A stretch of 64,000 bases of DNA from NCBI GenBank assembly GCA_043228905.1, contig JBHGNT010000020.1:8866001-8930000 (forward strand), written 5' to 3'. A program made the translations under genes and the position numbers. Shown here one piece after another: positions 26,378-39,935 of the stretch. Source of the DNA: Azolla caroliniana (Eukaryota; Plantae; Polypodiophyta). The stretch's first letter is position 1. Every line of letters starts with the position of its first letter. Below the pieces are notes generated by a model that was not told the DNA's origin, made no database searches, and worked only from the letters and a program-made list of their open reading frames with translations.

Positions 26378-26680
26378 GCAACCTCCATCGCCATCCAGAA
26401 TTTTTGCATGCAATTGTTAATCTAGCAAAAGTCATGTGAGCACAAATTTAAGATTAAAAGTCAAGCGAATGTAAAAGCATATGAGTGCAAAATTCATGTG
26501 AACCTTGTTTTATCCGACTTGATCACTCTTAGCTCAACATGAGAGCCAATTGCATCATCTGTCATAGTTTGTCGAAGCTCCTTCAAAGAGTCAAATTGCC
26601 TTCCCTCCACCAAAGCCATTCTATGAGAGACATCAAACATCGAAATGAGAGCGAGATAGAGAGAAGAAGAAGAAGAAAGC
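26378..26680 (-). pseudogene. MULE transposase 5' fragment
   Basis: Duplicate of 4382-4680 (offset 21996). Confidence 0.8.
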
Positions 26681-26935
26681 ATTGGATCTATACAAAACGA
26701 TGAGAAACGTTGATGTTTCTTCTTCACATCCAAATGAACATACTTTGGCACATCTTACGAGCTTGTGGATTGGTTAACTAAACACTTGTAATTCACTTCG
26801 TATCAATTGGCGCAGGAACACAAGGACCGGGAAATGATCCAATGCGCACTGTTAGGCGAAACTGAGCCTAAGGATGAGCAAGAGCTGTAGAGAATTGGCT
26901 GACAACAGGATCTCAAGAATAAAGGGGTGGCTATT

Positions 26936-28985
26936 CAAATGCCTCCTATGCATATAGCTTTGGTCATAGCAGATAAAGGGAAAGACTCTAACATGTATCG
27001 ATGTGTACGGTTTCCCTGTTCCGCAAAAAATATGGTTTTGTAGTTAGGTGAAACATCTATCGTATAATGTGTGAAGCGTGAGCCTCCACATTTATCCCTT
27101 GTCAAGACACATTGGCATTGCAAAAAGGCCTCATTTATAGAGGAATCTAGTGATGCATCATGAAGCAAGTGTCTCACATCCCATCTACCAAACCATTTTT
27201 CTTTATCTTGCATCCAACCGGAACACAAAATTTTGCTTTTATGCGTATTTTGGATCTTTTTGCTTGCTTCCCATGCAAATCTAGGAAGTCGATGTGAGGG
27301 ACTTTTTTGAGCCTTAAGCATGTATTCAACAACCCTTTCCATGGCCATGATCTCAATGGGAAGCGAGCCAGTCTCAAGGAGGAGGAGGAGGGTGTAGGGC
27401 GTTTGTTTCTTAACTTGTAGAAACTTTGTAAGAAAATATCTATGGACCTTTTCAAACTCTTTCCACGTAGATTTTGGGATGCTATGGCCCCATACTTCCA
27501 CCCCATAGAGAAGGACCGATGTCACCAAAGTGTCGAAAAGATATTTCTTGAGGACCCAACACTTAATATCTCCAAGATTGCATGTGTTGTCAAATGCATA
27601 GTATGCTCGCTTACCCGCCTCTAAGCGGTGTGTAGCACATTCATTCCATCTATCATTTGCAAGAACTTCAAGGCCAAGATATTTGAAGCTTTTCACATAT
27701 TCAAGTGGCTCACTATTGTACATAATGCATGGTTTATCTCTTCTTCTTTTTCACAAGCATAATCTTTGTTTTAGAGCTATTGACAATTAATTTACGATGC
27801 ATGCAAAAAATTTCCAATGACTTCATAAGATTTTGTGCATTTCCTAAAGTATTTGCAAAAAACACTACATCATCTGCATATAGCAAAAGCATAATCACAA
27901 CATTCCTAATGACAACTTCTTCAACACATTATTCCTATGCAAACTTGGTAACCATTTCTTCCAATTCATCAATGCATAGACCAAATAGTGTTGGTAAGAG
28001 TGGGCATCCTTGCTTAACACCAATAGTGCTATTGAAAAAATTTGAAAGTCTGTATCTCATACACACACAACATATAACCTTCTCATAAATTCGAGAAATT
28101 GCAAGCATATATTCACTTGGCACCTCAAGGTCTTCCATTCGCCTCGAAAGATGCTCACGAGGTACCATATCAAAAGCTTTCTTGAAGTCTACAAAGCAAC
28201 AATATAAACCTTTACATCTAAGGTGACTTTCCTCTATTAATACTCAAAGGGTGAAAAGGTGATCAATGGTATTATGGTGTTTTCGAAAGCTAACTTGTCC
28301 ATAACCTCTCTTACCATGTTTTTTAGCAAATACACTTATCTTTGATTCATTATACATCCAAATAGTTTTGCCATTAATGAGGCAACCATCATGGTACGAT
28401 AGTTGTTTACATTGTTTACATCTACACCTTTATGTAAAGGTTTGATCCAATTTGTAGTCCAATTATACGGCATACCATGTTGTAATGCATCATTAAACAT
28501 ATCACTTATCCATACATATGTTTCCTTTCACGTTCATTTGAGCATTTTAGCCTTTATACATTGAAGATCACTTGCCTTACGAGAGGCCAATTTCCTAAGT
28601 CCTATGCATAAAAGAAAGGAGACATATGTGAAAGAGAACCATAACAAATCATGTTTCCAGCAAGAGATAATTCATATAAATTCTTACAATGCATACACTA
28701 GTCATGAAGAGTTAAGTCACCATAACTCTCAACATGTTTACCCTTTAGATTTCCCCACAATTTATCACATGCATGTGCTTTCTCTTGCGTTTGGATAAAT
28801 TGTTGAGTAACTTCCCATATTGTTCTCTTTCTTTGAATAAGCCATTTATACTCATGCAAATGCTTTTGGTAATTTTCTTTATCCTTAACTATATCCAAAA
28901 CCATAAGGCACTTTCGAGCTTCACGACATTTTTTATTAAACCATTTTTTCCTAAATTTCTTGGTGCATTTCCCCTTATCAAAACT
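26936..28985 (-). pseudogene. LINE RT fragment, copy 2
   Basis: Same motifs and boundaries as 4940-6990. Confidence 0.9.
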
Positions 28986-29239
28986 ACCACTCATGTACCA
29001 TAACAGGATCCCAATTCCCATTGGGTTGGGGGCAACGATTGCATATAATGGAAGCCCGAATTGGTTTGTTTTAAATGTCAAGTCGATTGCCCAAGAGTTG
29101 TTTAGGATCAACCGCTCACACATTTCCAATATCCATTGTTTAGTCCATTGTTTAGGGTCCACCGCTCACACACATCAAATAGGTCATCGTTGCAACAACT
29201 TATGACATTGGGGTGTGCTGGCAAATGGTACACATCTTC

Positions 29240-30720
29240 GTCTTCATCATCTTCTTCAGAGAAAGCCCCTTCTTTCAACCTCACAATGCATTATTTGGCC
29301 TTAATTGATTGATCATGAGTTGCAACATGATTTGAGAATGCTTATAAATGTAACAATATTAAGGAAGATACCATTAGATTGCATCTTTTCAAAGCATTCA
29401 ACTGCTTCTTCAGATTTTCCATATGTAACTTCTCACCCATTCTTCTCAACATAGAGCTACAATTCTAAAGCTTAGATCTTCTTTGACCCATTTGATTCAT
29501 CTCCTCTTCTTTCTTTTTTAAGGCCTCAATGCATCTAAGAAGAGAATTTCTGACCACATTGAAGACGAGAATCTCCCAATTTCACAACTCGATCAAATAT
29601 ATTCCTTGCCTCTTCTAAGGTTTCACAAGTCGAATACAGGTTGACTAGTGCATTTCCAATGATAACATCTGACTCTAGACCATTTTTGAGAATTTGATCA
29701 TAAATCAGTTGTCCTTCTAAAGCTCCGATCATTGTGCATGACTTTAGAACAGATGAGAATATAAAGCTACTACGTTTTACGTGCTTCTTTTGCATTTTCT
29801 CAAATACCAATAATGCCAAGAGTCCATAGCCATTCTAGCCATATCCAACAGTGAGAGAACCCCACAAGACAACATCTTTCTTGGGTGAGATGTCAAATAA
29901 TTTCTGAGCCTCTTGAATAGCTCCATGATTTGAATACATATCGACAACAGAGCTTCCTACAATAGCATCAGAATTCATCCCACTTCTAATGACTTGATCA
30001 TAGAGTATTAAACCCTGCATTGTATCCCCAATAGTGCTACATGCCTTGAGAACACTTGCAAGGATGGCATTGTTGGGCTTGATAGTGCCCTTTTGAATCT
30101 CTTGGAAGTGGTTAAGGGTAGAATGACCTTGATTATGTCGAGTGTATGAACAAATCAAGGCATTCCATATAGCCACAACTTGAACTGGTAAGCTATCAAA
30201 TACCTTCTGAGCTTCATTTAAGCTACCAAAATTCCCATACATGTCAATCAAAGCACTAGAAACAATCGGATCTGATATATGCCCCATTCTAATGATCTGA
30301 TTATGTATATATTTGCCATGAACAATGGATTGAATGCTACCACACGCTTTTAAAGCACAGGCAAATATAACTTTATCTGGAACAATATTAGACATGACCA
30401 TTTCATTATAGAGTTGAAGTACAACATTGCCATAGCCATGTTGGGCATATCCAGAAATCAATGCACCCCATGAAATAATGTTCCGGTTTTGCAATATGTC
30501 GAATGTTCTTTGTGCCTCCTCAAGGCTCCCACACTTGGCATACATATCAATGACTGCACTTCCAATCAACATAGCTGATTCAAATCCACTCTCGATTAAC
30601 TCACCATGAATCAACCTTCCTTGCCTTATTGAAGCCTCATTGCTACATGCTTTCAATGTGGTTAGAAATGTGACTTTGTCCAGTTTCTCATCTTGTTCAT
30701 GTAACGTCTTGTCCACAATT
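29240..30720 (-). pseudogene. PLS-class PPR gene fragment(s)
   Basis: ORF 29835-30752 with repeated SAVIDMYAKCGSLEEA, WGALISGYAQHG and VIFACALKAC motifs; no N-terminus, internal stop. Confidence 0.9.
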
Positions 30721-32043
30721 TTATATGGTTGCAGAATCTCCCAAAGTAGCACATCACAATCTTACGCTACCTCAATGTAGGCTTGCTAATTGCTAATGTA
30801 AACATGATGTGGAGCATATAAGGCCTATCGATCGGCATCATGAACAGCAATTCAGTAGGTTTGCATCAGATTCGCCAAGGATGGTTCATCATGATCTCTC
30901 CATTAATCCAAAGGATGACGGGGATATGAGTAGTGGAGAACTATAGTGGCTAGTAATTATTCGACAATTCATAAGAATTGTAGGATAGAGTTTCTAGGTT
31001 TTCCAAATCCTATTCATGTGAATGCTTAGCACAAGAGTTTCATGTACTAGATAATCATGGATAAAATACAAAACGTTTTCCAATCCCTTGATTGCAGAAT
31101 AATTCCGTACACTTACTAGCCAAGCATTCCTTGGATCACAACTTCTATATCATCTAATAATTCAAAAGAATCCTAAGTAACGATAGTAGGCTTTACAATC
31201 TTTGAATATGAATGTATACCATAGTACTACAGAGATAAAAAAATGCAGAAGAATAATATGCACATACTACTAATATCGGATGAATTTCTTCCATGTTTTT
31301 TGTCACATGAAAACATAGTGTTAGCACAAGCTACTACTAATCTCGTAGAGTTGTCCCCCTTTCTTCTATAGTTAATCATTTCCTCAGACAAATTTTCTCC
31401 ATTTCATTTGCACACACAACATTAAGAAGGAGTCAAAGCACAAAAATTTCGTACAATAACTCAAATGTTTATTTTCATTTTCTTTTGTCAAACAACAATC
31501 ATGAAGAGTGAAACAACAAAGATTCTGCATTTATATCTAATTTTAGACGAATTTCTTCCTTTTTCCCATACAATAACATTCAGCACGAAAGAACAATAGT
31601 TTCCACATAGTTACTACTATATTTCTCTCATATAAGAACAACGACTACTAGCATCAGACATACATAAGGATAAGTAGCAAAAGCACAAAGAACATTGTAC
31701 AATAGCTACTAATCTTTGATGAATTTATTCTCAGTTTCACTCATACAAAACAAAAGTATTTACTGCCAATCCCAAATGAATTTTTTTCCAATTTTTTTCT
31801 TATAACAAATCATCGTAATGATTCTTACTACTAATTTCACATAAACCTCTTCCATTCCTTTCCCGTACGAAACTAGTTACAATGAAATCCTTACCTGTCC
31901 ATCTCTTACTTATACACAAGAACATCAAACACGTGTAATTCCAAATTTTACCAATCCAATACAAAAAGTGTAATTCCAAAAATATCCACAAAATCAAATA
32001 TATCTATCGAGTGAACAAAATATCTAATAATGCACAATCATCA

Positions 32044-33844
32044 CTAAATTGGGGCCCTACAACTGCGAGCATTGTGTCCTTTCCCACGGCACCTTCCACA
32101 ACGATGTTCTTTCTTCTTTGTGCCTTCTTCTATTGTGCGTATACGTTTGGTTTTTGGACGTCCCGGAGGTCTTCGTGTGGTTGGTGGTAACATGCCTGGA
32201 ACAAAATTATCATGCGTAACAACAACAGGAAATATTGGCTCCTTGTAAGTATCGCAATATGATTGCAACAAATATGCCTTGTGTGCAAAAGATTGAACTC
32301 TTTCTTTTCGAAACAAAATAGCGGCCGCTGCATGTGCACAAGGTAACCGCATATCCTGCCATTGTCCACAAGTACATATCTTCTTATCCACATAAACAAT
32401 CCTAACATGTTTCGGAGTATGGATCTCAAAAACATCATTAGTGGATGGCAAAATACGATATAGTCTTCCACGTTGTATGGATTCTCTAATGAATTTCTCT
32501 GCATATCCAACCAATGCATTACGTGTTATCTCTCCATTAACCAATCCAGTACGTGCTTTAGAAGTTTCTCCATTAATCCTCCTTTCATAAAACCATGACT
32601 TTATCTTCTGGCGTATCAATTCCATCATCCCTAGAATAGGCATAGCTCTAGCCTCTAACAACCATGCATTTAGGGACTCGGCAATGTTAGATGTCAAGTG
32701 TCCAAACCTTTTCCCTCAAAACTTACATGTAGCCCAATGTGAGGGGTCGGCGATGCTCCTTAGCCATTCAGCTGCATTACTATTTAAAGTGCGAATTTCT
32801 CCAATGATAACATCAAAGTCTTGAGTATTAGTTGCATCTGCAGCTTTCCACAACATCCCCAATAGTTGAGTGCTTTTAAAAGCTTTTCTAAAATTGTCTG
32901 ATAGATGGCGCATGCAATATCCATGTGATGAATCATTGCCAAACACCAACATGACACCATCCACTAAACCCTTTTGTCTATCTGAAATAAACGTTAGTGG
33001 ATCTGTGTGTCGAAGAACATCCTTCAAACTTTGAAGAAACCAACACCAATCATCATCATTCTCTACTATTACTACACCAAATGCAATCGGAAACAAAGCA
33101 CCTTGTGCATCGATGGTAGTAGCCGTGAGAAGGATTCCTAGGTATTTTCCTTTCAAATGAGTTCCATCTAGACCAATTATTGGTCTACAATGCATGAAAC
33201 CATTTATGCTTGCATTGTAAGCAATGAATATGCGAAGAAAGCGGCCTTCAATTGTTTCTTGAACATGTGCCACACTACCAGGATTAGCTTCTAAAATGGT
33301 TTGGCAATAATTTCGAAGATTTTGATATGCAAATACATGTTCCCCATGGATTTGAGCATGTGCACTTTCTTTTGCTTTCCACCCTACCCTGTAAGAGATA
33401 GTGACGCCTTTTTCACGACGCACATCACCAATTAGTTCCTTTGGTGTGTATGTAGGATGATCTTTAAACTTCTCCAATGTTGTTTCAGCCAATCATTTTG
33501 AGCTTACTTCTTTGTTCCCTAATTGTTGAGTGCCACCACATTTATGTTCTTCCCTATTCGTCTTGATTTGGCATTTTGGACCTCCTTCAATACAAGATGC
33601 CTGCAACCTCCACCGCCATCCAGAATTTTTGCATGCAATTGTTAATCTAGCAAAAGTCATGTGAGCACAAATTTAAGATTAAAAGTCAAGCGAATGTAAA
33701 AGCATATGAGTGCAAAATTCATGTGAACCTTGTTTTATCCGACTTGATCACTCTTAGCTCAACATGAGAGCCAATTGCATCATCTGTCACAGTTTGTCGA
33801 AGCTCCTTCAAAGAGTCAAATTGCCTTCCCTCCACCAAAGCCAT
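32044..33844 (-). pseudogene. MULE/MuDR transposase pseudogene, uninterrupted copy
   Basis: ATG 33844, GT-AG intron about 33727-33648, DGTHLKG, ISDRQKGL, HGYCMRHL, SWIM and C-terminal CGRCRGKGHNARSC; two premature stops. Confidence 0.93.
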
Positions 33845-33907
33845 TCTATGAGAGACCTCAAACATCGAAATGAGAGCGAGATAGAGAGAAGAAGAAGAAG
33901 AAGAAGA

Positions 33908-34880
33908 AAGCATTGGATCTATACAAAACGATGAGAAACGTTGATGTTTCTTCTTCACATCCAAATGAACATACTTTTGTTGCTTTACTCAAGGCTTGTA
34001 TAAGGTTAAGAGACATGAGAACAAGTCTTCATGTACATGTAGAATGTGATTCGAGAGGTTTCCTACATAGTGATATCTCATTGGCTACCACTTTGGTTGA
34101 TACTTATGCAAAATGTGGCTCAATCGAGAGAACTAGACAGGTTTTCGATAAATTACATGTTAGAGATACAATCTCCTGGACTTCATTGATTGTGTTTGAA
34201 AGACTACCCAAAGAAGAGAATCACATGTTAGAGATACAATCTCTGTCAGCAGTTGGAGAGAATCACATCTCTGTCAGCAATTGGAGAGATTGAAGTCAAC
34301 CGATGAAGGTGGATATTTTAGTATTCCATGGCTTTGCCAAGCTATGAAAGAAGTGGTTCTTTCTACACATGGATATGCAGAGGTATTTATCCCTGATCTT
34401 CAACGGGCTCTTGCAGAAGGTGATTTCAAATGGTTAGATGAATACTTAGATGACAAAGCTTCTTGGCATTTGCTGAACTCTCCGAGATGCCATCTCAAAA
34501 ATAAAAACCTACGATTCTTACGTTGATCTAGTTATACATAGCTTCTCACCACATACAGTTGGTTATGAACCTTACCTGAGAAGATCTAAAAATTCTCTTC
34601 TTAGATGCATTGAGGCATTAAAAAGGAAAGACGAGGAGATGAATCAAGTGGGTCAAAGAAGATCTAAGCTTGAGAATTGTAGCTCTATGTTGAGAAGAAT
34701 GGGTGAGAAGTTACATATGGAAAATTTGAAGAAGCAGTTGAATGCTTTGAAAAGATGCAATCTAATGGTATCTTCCTTGATATTGTTACATTTATAAGCA
34801 TTCTCAAAGCATGTTGCAACTTAGGATCAATCAATGAAGACCAAGTAATGCATTGTGAGGTTGAAAGAAGGGGTTTTCTC
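33908..34880 (+). pseudogene. Captured gene fragments (two PPR pieces plus unidentified coding-like pieces) inside the MULE 5' region
   Basis: PPR motifs at 33910-34190 and about 34715-34878 (EEAVECFEKMQSNGIFLDIVTFISILKAC); bounded on both sides by (GAA)n tracts. Confidence 0.7.
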
Positions 34881-35002
34881 TGAAGAAGAAGAAGAAGAAG
34901 AAATCTTTGATGGATACAGGAAAAAGAGAAATTAGTAGAAAAAGGGGATTGAATAATAAAAGAAGAAAGAGCAAACCTAATAATAGAGAAATGACTACAT
35001 AT

Positions 35003-35041
<39 letters not shown>

Positions 35042-35194
35042 TCACCTGATGAAGACGATTGATGATGAACAAGAAAGAAGAGAAAGACTACCCATAGAAT
35101 CGCTAAGTAAAGAATTTTGTGTTTGACGAGTATTTTGATAAATATGGCTTGTATATATTTGAGTGTATATTTACTTTATAGAGTGTATTTTTTT

Positions 35195-35282
35195 GGACAT
35201 AGGGGTAGTTTGGTAAATTTGAAACTTCCAAGGGCATTCTGGTAAATAGACAAACTTCCAGGGGTATCCTGGTACTTTTCCC
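35195..35282 (-). repeat. Probable MULE terminal inverted repeat (one end only)
   Basis: Minus strand begins GGGAAAAGTACCAGGATACCCCTGGAAGTTT, with internal sub-repeats typical of MULE TIRs; lies upstream of the transposase; copy at 39848-39935. Confidence 0.6.
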
Positions 35283-35786
35283 TTAAAATTATTCAGAGTA
35301 CCATCATTGGAGCTGAATTGTGATAAGCAATCTTGTACAAATCTAGCGCGAAATCCAAAGATGAGCGACAATATTTGACATGTCTCCTTTAAGAATCATT
35401 TCTTACGAGACTTAATCGAGGATAAAAAGATAGAATTAAAGTTCACACCATCAACCTCGATGTGGGCCGATTTTAAGACAAAAGCACAACACATTGTATT
35501 GCAAGGAAATAGGATCTCTAAATATTTCTAAATTCAAAGAATAAAGCATGATGCTTTGATTATTTGATTAGGTGGGAGTGTTAAATTAGAGAATAATAAA
35601 CAATAATGTATATGGTCTCTCATCTAGGAGACACGTGAAGAGACATAGTGTCTCATGGGAAAGCCCACGGTTGGCAACTACTTGTTGTATCGTTGTACAT
35701 TTTGTTTCATTAGAATCGAATCAATACGTTAAGTCTATACAAATCTGTTACACTATATTCTATTCCTATACTTCTACATTTTAATA
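35283..35786 (+). mobile_element. Duplicate of old copia RNaseH/PPT/LTR remnant
   Basis: Near-identical to 39936-40439. Confidence 0.65.
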
Positions 35787-35834
35787 TGTACATCATCATA
35801 TGTCTTCATTAATCCTAAAAGAATTTGATGGAGG

Positions 35835-36094
35835 TTATGCATGGGTGGTTGGGCTGAAGAGGTTGGCGATGGCCGAGGAGCGGAGCACAGAGAGGGCATC
35901 GGGTGACACAAGGCAGCGTGGAGTTTTGTACTGTGTGATCGTGGCGCCACTCAACATGAAGCGGTCTACGAGGCGCGAGAAAGTGCCGCGTTGCACAATG
36001 CACAACTCCAAGGCACCGATTGTCCCCATTTCCTTGACGTGACATACCCTGCCTCCACAAATCAGCGGTCCATCAATGCGGCGCAATCCACCAA
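35835..36094 (-). pseudogene. Truncated duplicate of the GH3 3' end
   Basis: Matches 40488-40748 (GALELCIVQRGTF...QYKTPRC) with a 1-nt deletion near 36029; the duplicated block extends over 35155-36094. Confidence 0.92.
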
Positions 36095-37137
36095 TGAAAT
36101 GGATGTGGTAGAGACAGATGTTCTCAAGTCATATTTTGGAGAGTATTCTCCTTTTGCAAAAGCATACAAATCACAAGGGGGTAAAGATATTTTCTTTCAT
36201 GATGTCACAATATTTCTCTTGGAAGTGGCTTGTGTAAGCCCAAGATCTTACTGCATGCCCAAGCAAAGGGCAAGATTCATTATAGCAACGTATGACGTAT
36301 AGGAAATCGACTGGGGGTACATTACTGGAATTGCGCTTCGAGAACAGTTGCATGGAGTTAGGAAAGGGAAACCCATGAAACCGATTTTTGCACAATGGTT
36401 AACTATATTATGCCCAATGCCAGTACACACTAAGGGACGTAAGACCTCGAAAAGGGAAAAGGGGCAGTCTTCACAGGCATTGCCACAACAATCGGCAATA
36501 AGAATAATATTGACATGACCACAAGAAGTGTGACAAGAAAACCAGGCAACAACTGACAACTGAGGAAGCAAGGGCTCAACAACAACCACCCACTAATCAA
36601 GAACGAATCCCTACTACGCAACCAGAATGAAGTAGAACACAAGAGGAAAATACGACATCCTCACCACCCCATCCTAAAGAAAAGAGTTGGTTAGCTTCGC
36701 AACAAGCTGACAGAGAACAACAAAACTAGGAAACAAGCCGACCGAGAAAAAAGAATTGTTTTGGAAAGAAGCAGTCGACCGGCCAAGAGCAACAAGGAGA
36801 AGGAACAACAACTAATGTCGAATCAATCGACTATGTTCAGAGGGGTACTATGGAAAAAGGCAAAGCATTGGAAATATCCCCAAATGAAGTGTTAGCTATA
36901 CCCGACATACCACCACCAAGTCATGAAATAACGACCATATTATGATTTGGCACATCTTACGAGCTTGTGGATTGGTTAACTAAACACTTGTAATTCACTT
37001 CGTATCAATTGGCGCAGGAACACAAGGACCGGGAAATGATCCAATGCGCACTATTAGGCGAAACAGAGCCTAAGGACGAGCAAGAGCTGTAGAGAATCGG
37101 CTGACAACAGGATCTCAGGAATAAAGGGGCGGCTATT
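36095..37137 (+). pseudogene. Remnant of a diverged gypsy accessory ORF homologous to 18463-20940
   Basis: YFGEYSPFAKAYKSQGG, RARFIIATY, IFAQWLTILCP and ELVDWLTKHL align with YFGEYSISSKAYRTQGG, RAAFLIAAY, GIAQWLTVLVP and QWLRWLSEQL. Sub-fragments recur at 4751-4939, 26747-26935 and 57591-58190. Confidence 0.75.
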
Positions 37138-39185
37138 CAAATGCCTCCTATGCATATAGCTTTGGTCATAACAGATAAAGGGATAGACTCTAACATGTAT
37201 CGATGTGTACGGTTTCCCTGTTCCGCAAAAAGTATGGTTTTGTAGTTAGGTGCAAAATCTATCGTATAATGTGTGAAGCGTGAGCCTGCACATTTGTTCC
37301 TTGTCATGACACATTGGCATTGCAAAAAGGCCTCATTTATAGAGGAATCTAGTGATGCATCATGAAGCAAGTGTCTCAAATCCCATCTACCAAACCATTT
37401 TTCATTATCTTGCATCCAACCGGAACACAAAATTTTGCTTTTATGCGTCTTTTGGATCTTTTTGCTTGCTTCCCATGCAAATCTAGGAAGTCGATGTGAG
37501 GGACTTTTTTGAGCCTTAAGCATGTATTCAACAACCCTTTCCATGGCCATGATCTCAATGGGAAGCGAGCCAGTCTCAAGGAGGAGGAGGGTGTAGGGCG
37601 TTTGTTTCTTAACTTGTAGAAACTTTGTAAGAAAATATCTATGGACCTTTTCAAACTCTTTCCACGTAGATTTTGGGATGCTATGGCCCCATACTTCCAC
37701 CCCATAGAGAAGGACCGATGTCACCAAAGTGTCGAAAAGATATTTCTTGAGGACCAACACTTAATATCTCCAAGATTGCATGTGTTGTCAAATGCATAGT
37801 ATGCTCGCTTACCCGCCTCTAAGCGGTGTGTAGCACATTCATTCCATCTATCATTTGCAAGAACTTCAGGGCCAAGATATTTGAAGCTTTTCACATATTC
37901 AAGTGGCTCACTATTGTACATAATGCATGGTTTATCTCTTCTTCTTTTTCACAAGCATAATCTTTGTTTTAGAGCTATTGACAATTAATTTACGATGCAT
38001 GCAAAAAATTTCCAATGACTTCATAAGATTTTGTGCATTTCCTAAAGTATTTGCAAAAAACACTACATCATCTGCATATAGCAAAAGCATAATCACAACA
38101 TTCCTAATGACAACTTCTTCAACACATTCTTCCTGTGCAAACTTGGTAACCATTTCTTCCAATTCATCAATGCATAGACCAAATAGTGTTGGTAAGAGTG
38201 GGCATCCTTGCTTAACACCAATAGTGCTATTGAAAAAATTTGAAAGTCTATATCTCATACACACACAACATATAACCTTCTCATAAATTCGAGAAATTGC
38301 AAGCATATATTCACTTGGCACTTCAAGTTCTTCCATTCACCTCCAAAGATGCTCACGAGGTACCATATCAAAAGCTTTCTTGAAGTCTACAAAGCAACAA
38401 TATAAACCTTTACATTTAAGGTGACTTTCCTCTATTAATACTCAAAGGGTGAAAAGGTGATCAATGGTATTATGGTGTTTTCGAAAGCCAGCTTGTCCAT
38501 AAGCTCTCTTACCATTTTTGTCAGCAAATACACTTATCTTTGATTCATTATACATCCAAATAATTTTGCCATTAATGAGGCAACCATCATGGTACGATAG
38601 TTGTTTACATTGTTTACATCTCCACCTTTATGTAAAGGTTTGATCCAATTTGTAGTCCAATTATACGGCATACCATGTTGCAATGCATCATTAAACATAT
38701 CACTTATCCATACATATGTTTCCTTTCACGTCCATTTGAGCATTTTAGCCTTTATACATTGAAGATCACTTGCCTTTCGAGAGGCCAATTTCTTAAGTCC
38801 TATGCATAAAAGAAAGGAGACATATGTGAAAGAGAACCATAACAAATCATCTTTCCGGCAAGAGATAATTCATATAAATTCATACAATGCATAGACAAGT
38901 CATGAAGAGTTAAGTCACCATAACTCTCAACATGTTTCCCCTTTAGATTTCCCCAAAATTTATCACATGCATATGCTTTCTCTTGCGTTTGGATAAATTG
39001 TTGAGTAACTTCCCATATTGTTCTCTTTCTCTGAATAAGCCATTTATACTCATCCAAATGCTTTTGGTAATTTTCTTTATCCTTAACTATATCCAAAACC
39101 ATAAGGCACTTTCGAGCTTCACGACATTTTTTATCAAACCATTTTTTCCTAAATTTCTTGGTGCATTTCCCCTTATCAAAACTAC
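37138..39185 (-). pseudogene. LINE RT fragment, copy 3
   Basis: Same motifs and boundaries as copies 1 and 2. Confidence 0.9.
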
Positions 39186-39847
39186 AACGCATGTACCATA
39201 ACAGGATCCCAATTCCCATTGGGTTGGGGGCAACGATTGCATATAATGGAAGCCCGAATTGGTTTGTTTTAAATGTCAAGTTGATTGCCCAAGAGTTGTT
39301 TAGGGTCAACCGCTCACACATTTCCAACATCCATTGTTTAGTCCATTGTTTAGGGTCCACCGCTCACACACATCAAATAGGTCATCTTTGCAACAACTTA
39401 TGACATTGGGGTGTGCTGGCAAATGGTACACATCTTCTTCATCTTCTTCTTCTTCAAAGAAAACCCCTTCTTTCAACCTCACAATGCATTACTTGGCCTT
39501 CATTGATTGATCTTGAGTTGCAACATGCTTTGAGAATGCTTATAAATGTAACAATATTAAGGAAGATACCATTACATTGCATCTTTTCAAAGCATTCAAC
39601 TGCTTCTTCAGATTTTCCATATGTAACTTCTCACCCATTCTTCTCAACATAGAGCTACAATTCTCAAGCTTAGATCTTCTTTGACCCATTTGATTCATTT
39701 CCTCTTCTTTCCTTTTTAAGGCCTCAATGCATCTAAGAAGAGAATTTTTAGATCTTCTCAGGTAAGGTTCATAACCAATTGTATGTGGTGAGAAGCTATG
39801 TATAACTATATTTGAGTGTATATTTACTTTATAGAGTGTATTTTTTT

Positions 39848-39935
39848 GGACATAGGGGTAGTTTGGTAAATTTGAAACTTCCAAGGGCATTCTGGTAAAT
39901 AGACAAACTTCCAGGGGTATCCTGGTACTTTTCCC
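39848..39935 (-). repeat. Probable MULE TIR copy
   Basis: Identical to 35195-35282. Confidence 0.6.

Noticed and set aside
29835-30752. Functional PPR gene
   Set aside because: No true start, internal stop, both ends are junctions with unrelated sequence.
35004-35035. (CA)n and other microsatellites
   Set aside because: Ordinary simple repeats.
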